Below, one piece after another: positions 27,914 to 37,896 of a stretch of 64,000 nt of DNA. The notes under the pieces are model-generated. The model did not search any database and was not told where the DNA came from. It worked only from the letters and a program-made list of their open reading frames with translations. Location: positions 515,053 to 579,052 of the forward strand of contig CAYVLY010000001.1 in the NCBI GenBank assembly GCA_964452565.1, in the 5' to 3' direction. The DNA is from an uncultured Gammaproteobacteria bacterium. GTDB lineage: Bacteria > Patescibacteriota > Patescibacteriia > UBA9934. The position numbers and the translations under genes were made by a program. Each line of letters begins with the position of its first letter. Position 1 is the first letter of the stretch.

Positions 27914-28783
27914 CTACTGATACCCTTCATTATCCACGCCACAAAAATATAAAACTGGAAAGTCCTCAGAATAACGCTCTTGAACTAGAGGTTGATACAT
28001 AGATGTTCGCAAATCGCTCGGCTTCTCGTTTTGTATCAACAAAGCGTTTGGCATAAACATGTAGATCCACAATGCCTGTACAGCATATTCGGAAAACTTA
28101 CGTCTGATCCAATCTTGTAACACCGCATCCTTTGGTCGCTTCAAGCCATCAAAGTACTTACCTGATGTAAACTGAGTTTTTAATTGCCGCAGCTCCCAAT
28201 CAAGATCTGATTTTCTAGTGTAATCTTGAATCTCGTCGAGAACCTCCTCATATTCAGATTCAAAACTCCTATTTTGCGTGCGCTCTATTTCCTTTTCAAA
28301 CTCATACCAACTTACAACCTCACAAACGCATTGAATATCACGCTTTTCGATCCATATCTCTAAAAACTTTCTATACAAATCCCAACGGTTCTGAAACTTT
28401 TTCCAAAGCATTTCCTTTTGTAGCTTCAAATCAGAAAATTGTCTTGTATATATGTAATATGGATCAGTATTTCCGATTAGAATGCGTAGCTTCGTCTTTG
28501 GATATACTTTTCCGATCTCCTGCATAATTGTGGCCACGCGATCGATATCATTCTCTAGATTATTCCCTTTTGGATCTAATGCAACATATTCCCAAGGAGC
28601 TTTACTAAACATCTTTTCTGCATTGATAGTCGAACAAGTGAAAGTGAGAAAGACCAGTTCATCACCTCTCTCAACAATTGATGCAATACGCTTACGCGAA
28701 AACTCATAGGATTCATTTTGAGATCCCTTTACATCGTACTTACAAATAATATTCATGATTCGATCCGTTGCGTTATCGCCCAT
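27914..28783 (-). CDS. Hypothetical protein (289 aa)
   Basis: ORF with native AT-rich composition. It is the first gene of a two-gene minus-strand unit. Confidence 0.45.
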   Translation of the reverse strand: MGDNATDRIMNIICKYDVKGSQNESYEFSRKRIASIVERGDELVFLTFTCSTINAEKMFSKAPWEYVALDPKGNNLENDIDRVATIMQEIGKVYPKTKLRILIGNTDPYYIYTRQFSDLKLQKEMLWKKFQNRWDLYRKFLEIWIEKRDIQCVCEVVSWYEFEKEIERTQNRSFESEYEEVLDEIQDYTRKSDLDWELRQLKTQFTSGKYFDGLKRPKDAVLQDWIRRKFSEYAVQALWIYMFMPNALLIQNEKPSDLRTSMYQPLVQERYSEDFPVLYFCGVDNEGYQ

Positions 28784-28846
28784 ATTTTATAGACTTAAGA
28801 CCCCTCTCTTCCGAGAAGGGGTCTGTTTGCTATTTTAAATCAAATA

Positions 28847-29161
28847 TCAAGCAGGACTCTTCTCAGAAGATGAATCTGCATGATGATGCACTCGGTCCAA
28901 AATTGTTTTGTATCCACTCATACCTTTATTTAGCCATTTTGCAATGCGAGCCACAGTTGTCGAACTCATTCCAGTTGTCTCTTGAACATCAACGTAGGAA
29001 GATCCTTGATGCAACATGCTTGCTGCTTTAAGTCTATTTGCGAACTCGATAATTTCTTGGTCGGTCAAAAGATCTCGAAAGAAATTTTGAGCTTCTTCAA
29101 CGTTTTGAAGCTGTAATATAGCCTCAAACAACTCTTTTGACTCTTTTGTTTTCCAATCCAT
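28847..29161 (-). CDS. TrpR-like YerC/YecD family protein
   Basis: 104 aa with LLTDQEIIEFANRLKAASML..., typical of the YerC family. Confidence 0.6.
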   Translation of the reverse strand: MDWKTKESKELFEAILQLQNVEEAQNFFRDLLTDQEIIEFANRLKAASMLHQGSSYVDVQETTGMSSTTVARIAKWLNKGMSGYKTILDRVHHHADSSSEKSPA

Positions 29162-29257
29162 AACAATACTATACTAACACAATACTTTAGTCAAGTAAAG
29201 TGCCTCAGAAGCAAGAAACCCCGTCACACGGACGGGGTTAGGAGAATGTTGAGCAAA

Positions 29258-29701
29258 CTAGGCGGGTCGCGCCATTGGCAAGCGGATCACATCTACACCA
29301 TTTCGAATGGCTTTAGAAAACGCATCCTCGTCGGTCACAAGCGTGAACCCTAGCGTTCCGGCAATCTCGACATGCAGCTCACACGTCCCGCTACCGATCA
29401 GGACACCTGGAGTATGAATACCCCACCTATGTGCCAGTTTGATCATCAGGCTGAAGTCCTTGCCCAGAGCAGGGTCAGGACAAGCAACAATGAGATCAAA
29501 GGGTTCGCCTGCATCGCGTGCCTCCATCAGCATGTAGAGTGCGTTCATTGACGAGCGCGCAGTTTCACGCCTCTGCCACACTCTATCACTCTCCATCTCA
29601 CCTGGGCGGCACGTCAATCCCCTCCAGGAATGCTGCGCCTTCCATAAGCCAATGAAGAGCACTTTGAGCGTTGTGTTGATCGGGCGACTGGGTTTTTGCA
29701 T
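29258..29701 (-). CDS. Hypothetical protein (147 aa)
   Basis: ORF with intermediate GC. No motif recognised. Confidence 0.35.
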   Translation of the reverse strand: MQKPSRPINTTLKVLFIGLWKAQHSWRGLTCRPGEMESDRVWQRRETARSSMNALYMLMEARDAGEPFDLIVACPDPALGKDFSLMIKLAHRWGIHTPGVLIGSGTCELHVEIAGTLGFTLVTDEDAFSKAIRNGVDVIRLPMARPA

Positions 29702-29884
29702 CTATCACCTCTTTTAATCTAGATTTTTGAAAATGTCATCCTGAACGCAGTGAAGGATCTGTTAAATAGATTCTTCGCTACGCTCAGAATGACAAGCTCG
29801 CCGGCAACCCCCTCCGGACTTCGCTCCTGTCGGAGCTTCGACCGGCAGGCTATCTCCCCCTTCGGAAGGGGGAGGACTGAACTG

Positions 29885-30643
29885 TCAATCCAAGTGCCGC
29901 CACAAATGATCAAAGATCATTTTTTGTGTTTGTGCGATTGATGTGTCGTCAATAATAACTCCGAATAGCCTTTGTTTTTCATCAGCCGACACATACGCAG
30001 TCTTATCACCATAGATAAAGATATATGTTGGGGCGCTCTGCTTTTGCGTAAGCCACTTGCGCTCATCCAAACCAATAGTCTTACCTCCCTCCCCTAAGGC
30101 AATTGCTCGTACATTGATCTTGCGCTGCTTTCGCGTAGCATTGTAACGGGGCCAGGCCTGTGCGATAAGATCACGGATTCCAGAACTTGAATACACTCTG
30201 TAGATTTTTGTTTTTGTTCGCTCAGTTGTACAAAGAACGTCTTGCAGAATCTGCTTAACCCCACGCGGCCCCTCATAATATCGAACTGTTGGACGATATG
30301 ACATGGATCCAAAGATGTTTTGGAGCTCAGGGATCACACGCTCAATCCGCTCGCGAGCCTCACTTAGAGCAAGCTCTTTTCGAGAGGCTAATCGACGCAA
30401 TTGCTGTGGATCCTCGGCTGTAAAGTATCGATGCGACTGAGCGTCGACAAAACTTACCAGCTCTAGATCTATTAGCCTACGAAGTGTGTCATGTACAGTC
30501 GAGCGGCTAATCTTTGAAACCTCTGCCACTTGTCTAAGTGGCGCACTGCCAAGCTTAGCAAGGACAAGGTACACATCAAGATCCTTTTGTGAAAGCCCAA
30601 TTAGAGCTAACTCTGCATTTGTAATAATAGCTTTGTTCTTCAT
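29885..30643 (-). CDS. TrmB-family transcriptional regulator
   Basis: N-terminal HTH (LGLSQKDLDVYLVLAKLGSAPLRQVAEVSKISRSTVHDTLRRL). Confidence 0.6.
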   Translation of the reverse strand: MKNKAIITNAELALIGLSQKDLDVYLVLAKLGSAPLRQVAEVSKISRSTVHDTLRRLIDLELVSFVDAQSHRYFTAEDPQQLRRLASRKELALSEARERIERVIPELQNIFGSMSYRPTVRYYEGPRGVKQILQDVLCTTERTKTKIYRVYSSSGIRDLIAQAWPRYNATRKQRKINVRAIALGEGGKTIGLDERKWLTQKQSAPTYIFIYGDKTAYVSADEKQRLFGVIIDDTSIAQTQKMIFDHLWRHLD

Positions 30644-30733
30644 ATGTTAATCGGCAATGTTGTGAATAGCTTATTCATTGTACCAAAAACAGCCGTTATT
30701 ACTACGGCTGTTTTGTCCGGACTTGTCCGACAA

Positions 30734-31786
30734 TTATTTTGCTGAGCCTAGGATTCCATTCCGATAAAGCTCGATCACCACCATTACCGAAGCCAAAATG
30801 GTGGGTCCAATAATGAATCCAATCGGTCCCAACCACTGCAGCCCTCCAAGAATCGAGATCAAGATTAGTAATTGATTCATCCGAGTCTTTGCTCCAACAA
30901 TAAATGGTGAGATGAGATTATCAACCGTGCTCACTGCCACAACTGACCAGATCAACAGTCCAAGTGCTGCCCATGGCTGACCAACAATTAATAAATAGAT
31001 AATTGCTGGGACTAGAATAACAGCTGTTCCAACCATTGGGACCTGAGAAGCAATAACCACAAGCGACCCCCAAAGTATCGCACCTGGTACTCCAAAGATT
31101 GTCATCCCGATCGTAGCCAGCGTTGCCTGCACTACCGCAACAACTAATGCCCCAAAGACCACAGATCGAACTGTGTTTGAAATTCGTGCAACAATCTTTG
31201 CGTCCAAACTGTCCTTAAACGGACTTATATCAAGTGCCAACTTATAGATCTCTTCCCTATCATGCAAGAAATAGAAAAGCGCAATGAAAAAGATGAACGT
31301 ATTGATAATCAGCTTTGCTGTACTTGATAGAACTGCGCCAACATTCTCAGCTGCCCAGTTTGCAGCAGACTTTCCAAGCTCCACAAAATCAATTGATTGA
31401 ATCTCCTCTTGAATCGGCACAGGAAGAACCTGGAAAATCGCATCTGTTGACTGTTGCAATCCTTCCATCCACCCGTCATCTGCAATCGAAACCTCTACAA
31501 TCTCTGACGCCTGCTGAACCATCAATACTGAAATGCCAAATAAAGGCCCCACAACAATGACAAGCACGCCAAGTAGCATGATAAGTGCTGAGAGCTTTTT
31601 ACTACGAACCAACCTGCGTAACCGCGCTTCGATCGGCCCAAGAATAATCGCAAACACACCGGCGGTAACAAGCACCAACGCAAATGGTGCAATAACCTGC
31701 CAATAGAGATATAGGACGATCACACTCGCGACGATAAAAAACCATCGAATTTGTGATGCTGTAGGTTTTACTTTGGCCATATGCAT
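30734..31786 (-). CDS. AI-2E family transporter (PerM/UPF0118-like permease)
   Basis: 350-aa polytopic membrane protein with the AI-2E-like hydrophobic pattern. Confidence 0.65.
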   Translation of the reverse strand: MHMAKVKPTASQIRWFFIVASVIVLYLYWQVIAPFALVLVTAGVFAIILGPIEARLRRLVRSKKLSALIMLLGVLVIVVGPLFGISVLMVQQASEIVEVSIADDGWMEGLQQSTDAIFQVLPVPIQEEIQSIDFVELGKSAANWAAENVGAVLSSTAKLIINTFIFFIALFYFLHDREEIYKLALDISPFKDSLDAKIVARISNTVRSVVFGALVVAVVQATLATIGMTIFGVPGAILWGSLVVIASQVPMVGTAVILVPAIIYLLIVGQPWAALGLLIWSVVAVSTVDNLISPFIVGAKTRMNQLLILISILGGLQWLGPIGFIIGPTILASVMVVIELYRNGILGSAK

Positions 31787-31910
31787 TGATTATAGCGCAG
31801 AAAGCAGCATGCCGGCCATAGCTACGTAGTAGCGACGGCTGGAACGCAGAACACAGAACCCGGGATAACTTAACTGGGTTCTGAAGTCTGGCGTCTGGGT
31901 TCTGCCGCTC

Positions 31911-31939
31911 TTGACATTTCGCCAACATCTGCGTATTCT
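31911..31939 (+). promoter_or_regulatory. Sigma70-like promoter (TTGACA-17-TATTCT) inside the TIR element
   Basis: Exact -35 and 17-bp spacing. Confidence 0.4.
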
Positions 31940-32021
31940 TTCAGTGTGGAGCCACTCCACACCCTCCCCCTCGATTTCTTCGAGGGATCCCCACCCTCAA
32001 CTCCATCCCCTGGAGGTTCAC

Positions 32022-32417
32022 ATGAGTCCCGCTGATACTTGCCCCACCACCATGCTTGAAGCCGCTCTTGTGAGCTTCATCATGTGCTTTGTCACACGAC
32101 CCCACTGCGTTCGTCTCGACGTCATAGAATGTGATGGCAACAACCTCCTGGTAGATCTGGTAGTTCATCCAGAGGATGTGGGTCGCGTGAAGGGTCGAGG
32201 GCAAGACCGCCTGAGGCTGATCCACAAGATAGCTGGCGAAATCGCTAAACGTCACAGGATGCGCCTGCGCAGCATAGAGATCATCGACGATGATATTGGG
32301 CCTGAACCCGAGGTGTGCTACGCGCAAATCACGCCGACCGTGGCCCAGGAAACGCCCCTGCCCCAAAAACGCGGGCGCGTGCGCCTCGTGCGCCCCGAGC
32401 AACCCGAGGCCGCCTGA
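32022..32417 (+). CDS. GC-rich KH-domain (KhpA-like) RNA-binding protein, second KH paralog
   Basis: 131 aa after the RBS GGAGG. The KH_4-like core is LVDLVVHPEDVGRVKGRGQDRLRLIHKIAGEI (GxxG); compare the native KH gene at 47633-47995. The overlapping minus-strand ORF is judged spurious. Confidence 0.5.
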   Translation: MSPADTCPTTMLEAALVSFIMCFVTRPHCVRLDVIECDGNNLLVDLVVHPEDVGRVKGRGQDRLRLIHKIAGEIAKRHRMRLRSIEIIDDDIGPEPEVCYAQITPTVAQETPLPQKRGRVRLVRPEQPEAA

Positions 32418-32560
32418 CACAACCCATGCTTCAACCCTCGCCCTGCCGGCACTCCGGTGGGGCTTCGTGCATCTTACAGAACACAGACTACAGAACTCAG
32501 TCGAGCCTTTTCCTGCGTTCTGCTTTCTGCGTTCTGCTTTCTGCGCTATAATAAACCCAT

Positions 32561-33253
32561 ATGGAGGCACTTTCTTACTATGCAGTGATGTCACTTATCT
32601 TGGCACTCACCTGGATACTTATTTTTGTTACCAAGGAGAAACTTAGAACAGAGATGCTTTTGATCAGCATCTTCTCAATCTTCTTGCTGCCAATCTGGAT
32701 TGCAACCCAGGCAGTCGGCCAAGGAGCAGTGCAAGAGCTCTTCTCGTCACTCTCTTTCCTTGACTTAATCTTCCTGTTCTCAGTATCTGGAATAGCAGCA
32801 ACAATTTTCCATGTCTTTTTTGGAAAGCACTACGAAAACATGCCAAAGCCAAAGCGCAAAAAAGACCGTGACATAATTGCGCATATTTGGATCTTGGCAA
32901 TCTTCTTTGGACTGCTCCTATTTGTTTGGACAACTATACTACTTGCAGTTGTCTTCGGGCTCTCAACTCCAGTGGCCCTACTGATCGCCGCGATCATACT
33001 CACTGTTTATATTACAAGTCACAGACATGATCTACTAGGAGACGCTATTTGGAGTGCAATCTTTACAGCATTTATCGTATTTGTCGCATCAACTCTTGGA
33101 TCAGCATTCACTCAAACGACTCCGGCAATTCCCTTTATTCAAACAGGTGAGCTGATTCAAGGAGTTTCTGTTGATCTTATTTATTGGGCATTGGCACTTG
33201 GACTTGTACTTGGTCCGCTTTATGAATTTATCCGACGAAAGTTGTTAAAGTAA
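32561..33253 (+). CDS. Polytopic membrane protein (hypothetical)
   Basis: 230 aa with about 6 hydrophobic segments. Confidence 0.45.
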   Translation: MEALSYYAVMSLILALTWILIFVTKEKLRTEMLLISIFSIFLLPIWIATQAVGQGAVQELFSSLSFLDLIFLFSVSGIAATIFHVFFGKHYENMPKPKRKKDRDIIAHIWILAIFFGLLLFVWTTILLAVVFGLSTPVALLIAAIILTVYITSHRHDLLGDAIWSAIFTAFIVFVASTLGSAFTQTTPAIPFIQTGELIQGVSVDLIYWALALGLVLGPLYEFIRRKLLK

Positions 33254-33254
33254 T

Positions 33255-33614
33255 ATGGAAGACCAGCTCTGGGAATCACAAGAGGGCCAGCTTGCAGTTG
33301 ACGTTATTGAAACGCCAACAGAGATTATAATTCGCTCAGCTATTGCAGGAGTAAAACCAGAGGACATCGATATACACGTTACAAACGATCTGGTGACCAT
33401 CAGAGGTGAACGAGAACGACGCACTGAACGGCACGATGCAACAACGCACTTTGAGGAATGCTTTTGGGGAAGTTTTTCTCGATCAATTGTACTTCCAGCA
33501 CATGTTCGACCAAATGAAGCAAACGCTCAAATGAAAAATGGGGTGCTTACATTGACCATTCCAAAAGCGCATGGTGAAATGCACGTACCAATCCGGGAGG
33601 ATCTATCCGATTGA
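33255..33614 (+). CDS. Hsp20/alpha-crystallin family small heat-shock protein
   Basis: 119 aa with the typical ACD pattern (LAVDVIETPTEIIIRSAIAGVKPEDIDIHV...GVLTLTIPK). Confidence 0.8.
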   Translation: MEDQLWESQEGQLAVDVIETPTEIIIRSAIAGVKPEDIDIHVTNDLVTIRGERERRTERHDATTHFEECFWGSFSRSIVLPAHVRPNEANAQMKNGVLTLTIPKAHGEMHVPIREDLSD

Positions 33615-33624
33615 AAAAACTTTT

Positions 33625-35589
33625 ATGGCCAACTTCATACAATCGGGCATACAAAGTGTCCGTAATTACAAAAAACCGATCTTAATAACGACCGGTGTTG
33701 TTTTATTTATAGCCATTGTGATCACTGGAAGTTCGTTTGCTTATGCCAAAGCTTATGAGGGTAGAATCCTACCAAATGTATTTATAGGAGTCGTTGATGT
33801 TGGAGAACTTACTCAAGCTGATGCAACTGAAGTACTTCAACAGCATATTGATGACATGCTCAATCAAGGAGTTGACGTTAAGGTAAATGGAAGTAATGGG
33901 CACCTCGATCTAAGATCCTTGATTATCGAAGAGCCGGATCTTGCGCATGATGTTATTTATTACAACACCGCTGATGCTATCGAATCTGCAATGACAGTAG
34001 GTAGAACAGAATCGTTCTGGTCTGACTTCATAGCGCCTGTTAGATTGCTTTTTGGTCCTGAGACATTATTACAGCAAGTGGTAGTCGATGAGGATGACAT
34101 TCGCGAACAACTTCAAGAACAATTTGGTGAACTTGAGGAAGGATCAAAGCCAGCAGATTATGCCATTGATCTTAACGATGAAGATGTGCCTGTACGATTC
34201 TTGCCAGGTCAAGATGGTATTGAAATAGATTATGATGCTGCAGTAGCTGATCTTTGGGACGATGCGAATGACCTTGACCTTAGTACACTTGAAATTGATC
34301 TACGTGATATTACATACGAGATGACCGCAGAAGATGCGCTTTCGATTTCTGACGAAGTAGTCGCTGCTGTAGAAGCTACCCCCTATTACCTCACCTACAC
34401 ATCTGAAACTCTGCGTGAGTACTGGTGGACAATTGATGACGACGATGTTTCCGATTGGATCGAACCGGCTTATTCCGAGGAAGATGGCGTTGTTCTCACC
34501 TTTGCAGGAGATTCGTATGAGGAATTTGTTGAAGCCGTCGCAAATGATGTGAATATTGATCCAGTTAATGCGCGTTTTGTGATGGAGAATGGATTAGTTA
34601 CTGAGTTTGCGGGAAGCCAAGATGGAATCGAATTTGACTCAGAGACTACAATGCAGGAGCTTCTCGAATCATTAGGCGACGAGGATATTATTATTAATAT
34701 CACTGTTGCTAGCACGCCACCAGAGGTATCAACAAATGATGTAAATGACTTTGGAATCTCTGAAGTAATTGGAGTTGGAACGTCCGACTTTTCTGGCTCA
34801 CCATCAAATCGTATTTCAAATATTCAACATGGAGCTTCAAAACTCAACGGACTCTTAATTGCGCCTGGTGAAACAGTATCTCTCATAGAACAACTCGGAC
34901 CGTTTACAGTTGCTGACGGATACTTGGCCGAGCTTGTGATAAAAGGCGATGAGATCATACCAGAAGTTGGTGGTGGGCTTTGCCAGATTGGAACAACAAC
35001 ATTCCGTGCTGTGATGAACGCCGGACTTGAGGTTACAGAGCGTAGCAATCATTCTCTTGTTGTCTCATACTATAACGATCCTTCAAATGGAAATCCTGGA
35101 ACAGACGCAACCATCTATGATCCGTACCCAGATTTCAAATTCACCAACGATTATGAAAACTACATTCTCCTACAAACCGAGGTTGATGTTGCTAACCGCG
35201 ATGTAATCTTTACCTTCTGGGGAACAAATGATGGACGTGACGGATATTACTCAGCCCCGGTCATTCTCTCATGGACTGGATACGGAGAAACTCAATATAC
35301 TGAAACTCTTGACCTTGAACCTGGTGTCGAATCGTGCCAATCTCCACACCCAGGAGCCACAGCACAGTTCACATACTATGTTGATTATGCAGATCGAACA
35401 CAGTTTAGCGAAACCTACACCTCAGTTTACCGATCCCTGCCAATGATCTGCCTGGTCGGAGTCGAGGAGCTCACTCCAGAGTGTGAAGAGGGTGAGGAAT
35501 GTGAATCCTCAGACGAATCAGATGAATCCAGCATAGAAGATGAAGATACCGAATCTGAACTAGAGGAGGAAGCCTCTGGGGAAGAATAA
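33625..35589 (+). CDS. VanW-domain protein (N-terminal TM anchor, acidic C-terminal tail)
   Basis: VanW-like motif GGGLCQIGTTTFRAVMNAGL. The likely start is ATG 33625, after the hsp20 stop. Confidence 0.6.
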   Translation: MANFIQSGIQSVRNYKKPILITTGVVLFIAIVITGSSFAYAKAYEGRILPNVFIGVVDVGELTQADATEVLQQHIDDMLNQGVDVKVNGSNGHLDLRSLIIEEPDLAHDVIYYNTADAIESAMTVGRTESFWSDFIAPVRLLFGPETLLQQVVVDEDDIREQLQEQFGELEEGSKPADYAIDLNDEDVPVRFLPGQDGIEIDYDAAVADLWDDANDLDLSTLEIDLRDITYEMTAEDALSISDEVVAAVEATPYYLTYTSETLREYWWTIDDDDVSDWIEPAYSEEDGVVLTFAGDSYEEFVEAVANDVNIDPVNARFVMENGLVTEFAGSQDGIEFDSETTMQELLESLGDEDIIINITVASTPPEVSTNDVNDFGISEVIGVGTSDFSGSPSNRISNIQHGASKLNGLLIAPGETVSLIEQLGPFTVADGYLAELVIKGDEIIPEVGGGLCQIGTTTFRAVMNAGLEVTERSNHSLVVSYYNDPSNGNPGTDATIYDPYPDFKFTNDYENYILLQTEVDVANRDVIFTFWGTNDGRDGYYSAPVILSWTGYGETQYTETLDLEPGVESCQSPHPGATAQFTYYVDYADRTQFSETYTSVYRSLPMICLVGVEELTPECEEGEECESSDESDESSIEDEDTESELEEEASGEE

Positions 35590-35646
35590 TTATGATAAAG
35601 AAAGATTGATTTGCTATAATGGAATCAATCTTTTTTATTTTATTCT

Positions 35647-36666
35647 ATGGCTTACTTGATCACTTTTGTACTACTCTGCTTCTCAGCACTCTTTTCCGGG
35701 CTAACACTTGGACTCATGGGGCTTGATGCCCACGAATTAAAGCGCAAGGTAGACCTAAAAGATAAATACGCAAAGAAGATCTATCCAATCCGCAAGCGTG
35801 GGAATCTACTTCTAACAACACTGCTTTTGGGAAACGTTGCAGTAAATGCAGCACTGGCGATCTTTCTAGGATCAATTGCTGCAGGATTTGTTGCTGGAAT
35901 CATATCAACAGCACTGATCTTTGTATTTGGAGAGATTGTTCCGCAGGCTGTTATCTCTCGCTACGCCATGGCATTTGGCGCAAAGACCGCATGGATCGTT
36001 CGTATACTTATTATCATCCTTCTGCCGCTTACCTACCCAATCGCATGGATCCTAGATAAAGCTTTGGGTGATGAAATGCCAAGTATTTACTCGCGTGGCG
36101 AGCTTCTAAAAGTTATCGAAGAACATGGTAGCTCAACACAAAGCGATCTAGATACTGATGAAGAACGCATCACGCGTGGTGCTCTTACATTCTCAGATAA
36201 AACCGCAGCAGATGTTATGACACCTAACACAGTAGCTAAAATACTTGATACAAAAACAAAACTAACACTACCCCTTATCAAGAAGCTCAGGGACTCGGGC
36301 TTCTCACGATTTCCTGTATATCACAAAAAGCAGGATAACATTGTTGGAATCCTGTATCTACATGACCTTGTTGGTATAGACATAAAGGGTAAGTTAGTAG
36401 AAAGGTTCATGCAAAAACCAATAATAGAGGTTTTAACCAATACCCCGCTTGATGATGTCTTGAATACCTTCATTAAGAAACACAGACACTTATTTATTGT
36501 CAGAGATGAGTTTGGAGGCTTTGAAGGTGTTATATCCGTAGAGGACATCCTGGAGGAAATAATTGGAACAGAAATCATCGATGAGTTTGATAAGGTTGCA
36601 GACCTACGAGCAAAGGCAAGAAAAAAAGCTTCTAATAAGAAATCAACAAAACGCAAGAAGAAATGA
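35647..36666 (+). CDS. CNNM/CorC-family transporter (DUF21 TM domain plus CBS pair)
   Basis: N-terminal DUF21-like TM region and C-terminal CBS-like segments. It has a basic tail. Confidence 0.7.
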   Translation: MAYLITFVLLCFSALFSGLTLGLMGLDAHELKRKVDLKDKYAKKIYPIRKRGNLLLTTLLLGNVAVNAALAIFLGSIAAGFVAGIISTALIFVFGEIVPQAVISRYAMAFGAKTAWIVRILIIILLPLTYPIAWILDKALGDEMPSIYSRGELLKVIEEHGSSTQSDLDTDEERITRGALTFSDKTAADVMTPNTVAKILDTKTKLTLPLIKKLRDSGFSRFPVYHKKQDNIVGILYLHDLVGIDIKGKLVERFMQKPIIEVLTNTPLDDVLNTFIKKHRHLFIVRDEFGGFEGVISVEDILEEIIGTEIIDEFDKVADLRAKARKKASNKKSTKRKKK

Positions 36667-37013
36667 CGGTCGCGAATAGCCATATTCCACAATCCGTCAT
36701 CCCGAGCGACCGAGCGTTTATGCGACCTGCCTGCCGGCAGGCAGGGGAGCCGAGGGATACCAAAAGCACTCCAAATGGGGTGCTTTTAAAAAACAAAAAC
36801 CCCCTTTAAGCTGCAGCCAAGAAGATATATATCCTGTATGGGATCAGCCGGAGCCAAAGTCATACAGGTCATATACCCCCATGCTTGTCGTGGCTGCAGG
36901 TCAAAAGGGGTGTCACCATGACGAAGTATAATAACACGCATTTCTCCCCATGTCAACCCTTTCGCCCACCTGTAAAAAGTACCTGAAAATAGCCCAAAAA
37001 TTGGCTAAGGCCC

Positions 37014-37042
37014 TTGACTAAAGGGCTTTTCAATGATATATT
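37014..37042 (+). promoter_or_regulatory. Sigma70-like promoter (TTGACT-17-TATATT)
   Basis: It shares TTGAC(A/T)AAAGGGCTTTTC with the promoter at 25992. Confidence 0.4.
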
Positions 37043-37080
37043 TCTAGGCCCCTTCAACCCCCAACCCGCACGGAGTTCCC

Positions 37081-37791
37081 ATGCGACATTTAATCTTTCT
37101 TCTAGCTCTCACCACTGCTCCCGCGCTCGCCGCCGACCCCACCTGCCCGGATGGACAGAGGGTCACGACCTTCATGGAGCTGAACCGATACGAGGACATC
37201 CACAGCACCCCTTCCCACTGGAGCGTGACCATCCGCTACGGCAACATGCGCTCCGGCTCCGGAATGCCAGAGTGGGAGCTCGATGCCATCCGTCAGAGCC
37301 TCGGACTGCACAACATCAGCGATCTGATCGGCGTGCCCTTCTGCATGGAAGGCTACGCCTGGAAGCTGGCCCTCAACGAGAAGGCAGTGGAGTCCCTGGC
37401 CGAGCAGAGCGGTACTTCCTACATGACGCCCACCAGCGACAAGTTCCTCGACATGATCACCGACGGCCTGGTCAGCGGCCAGCGGGTCGAGCTCCGGGAA
37501 ATCACCGAGATCGACCAGCTCAACCTCGCTGCCCAACTCTTCACCGGCGGCTTCGCCCAGCGCTACCTGCGCCCTGAGGTCTTCGAACGCCTCAAGGAGC
37601 AGGTCAAGACCAAGAGCGCGGGTCGTCTGACGGTCCAGAAGGCCAGCCGCGAGGAATTCGCGTTCACCAGCTCCTGCCTGTGCGGGACCGCGTACCTCAA
37701 GCTCGTCAACATCTCCACCAGAGAGACCCACCAGCTCTTCTCCATCAGCGAGCTGCTGTCGATCGTCTCGCTGGACCCCGGCCGCAAGTAG
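37081..37791 (+). CDS. GC-rich secreted hypothetical protein (signal peptide LALTTAPALAADP)
   Basis: 236 aa after the RBS ACGGAG. GC-hairpin terminators follow at 37812-37895. Confidence 0.45.
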   Translation: MRHLIFLLALTTAPALAADPTCPDGQRVTTFMELNRYEDIHSTPSHWSVTIRYGNMRSGSGMPEWELDAIRQSLGLHNISDLIGVPFCMEGYAWKLALNEKAVESLAEQSGTSYMTPTSDKFLDMITDGLVSGQRVELREITEIDQLNLAAQLFTGGFAQRYLRPEVFERLKEQVKTKSAGRLTVQKASREEFAFTSSCLCGTAYLKLVNISTRETHQLFSISELLSIVSLDPGRK

Positions 37792-37896
37792 CCGGCGCTC
37801 ACCCTCACCCCCACCCCCGAAGGCCCCTACGGTCTCGCGGTCGTGGGGGTTCTTCTTTTCTGAATAACAAAACAGCCCCGAAGGGCTGCTTTTCTC

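Larger units (their letters stand above)
31789..32553. mobile_element. 765-bp GC-rich insertion bounded by perfect 19-bp terminal inverted repeats
   Basis: Left TIR ATTATAGCGCAGAAAGCAG at 31789-31807. Right TIR CTGCTTTCTGCGCTATAAT at 32535-32553, its exact reverse complement. There are extra sub-terminal TTCTGCG repeats. The segment carries its own promoter, RBS and ORF. Confidence 0.55.

Noticed and set aside
31941-32594. 217-aa minus-strand ORF across the TIR element
   Set aside because: It runs through both TIRs and the promoter and has no motifs. The plus-strand KH ORF has an RBS, a promoter and domain similarity, and is preferred.
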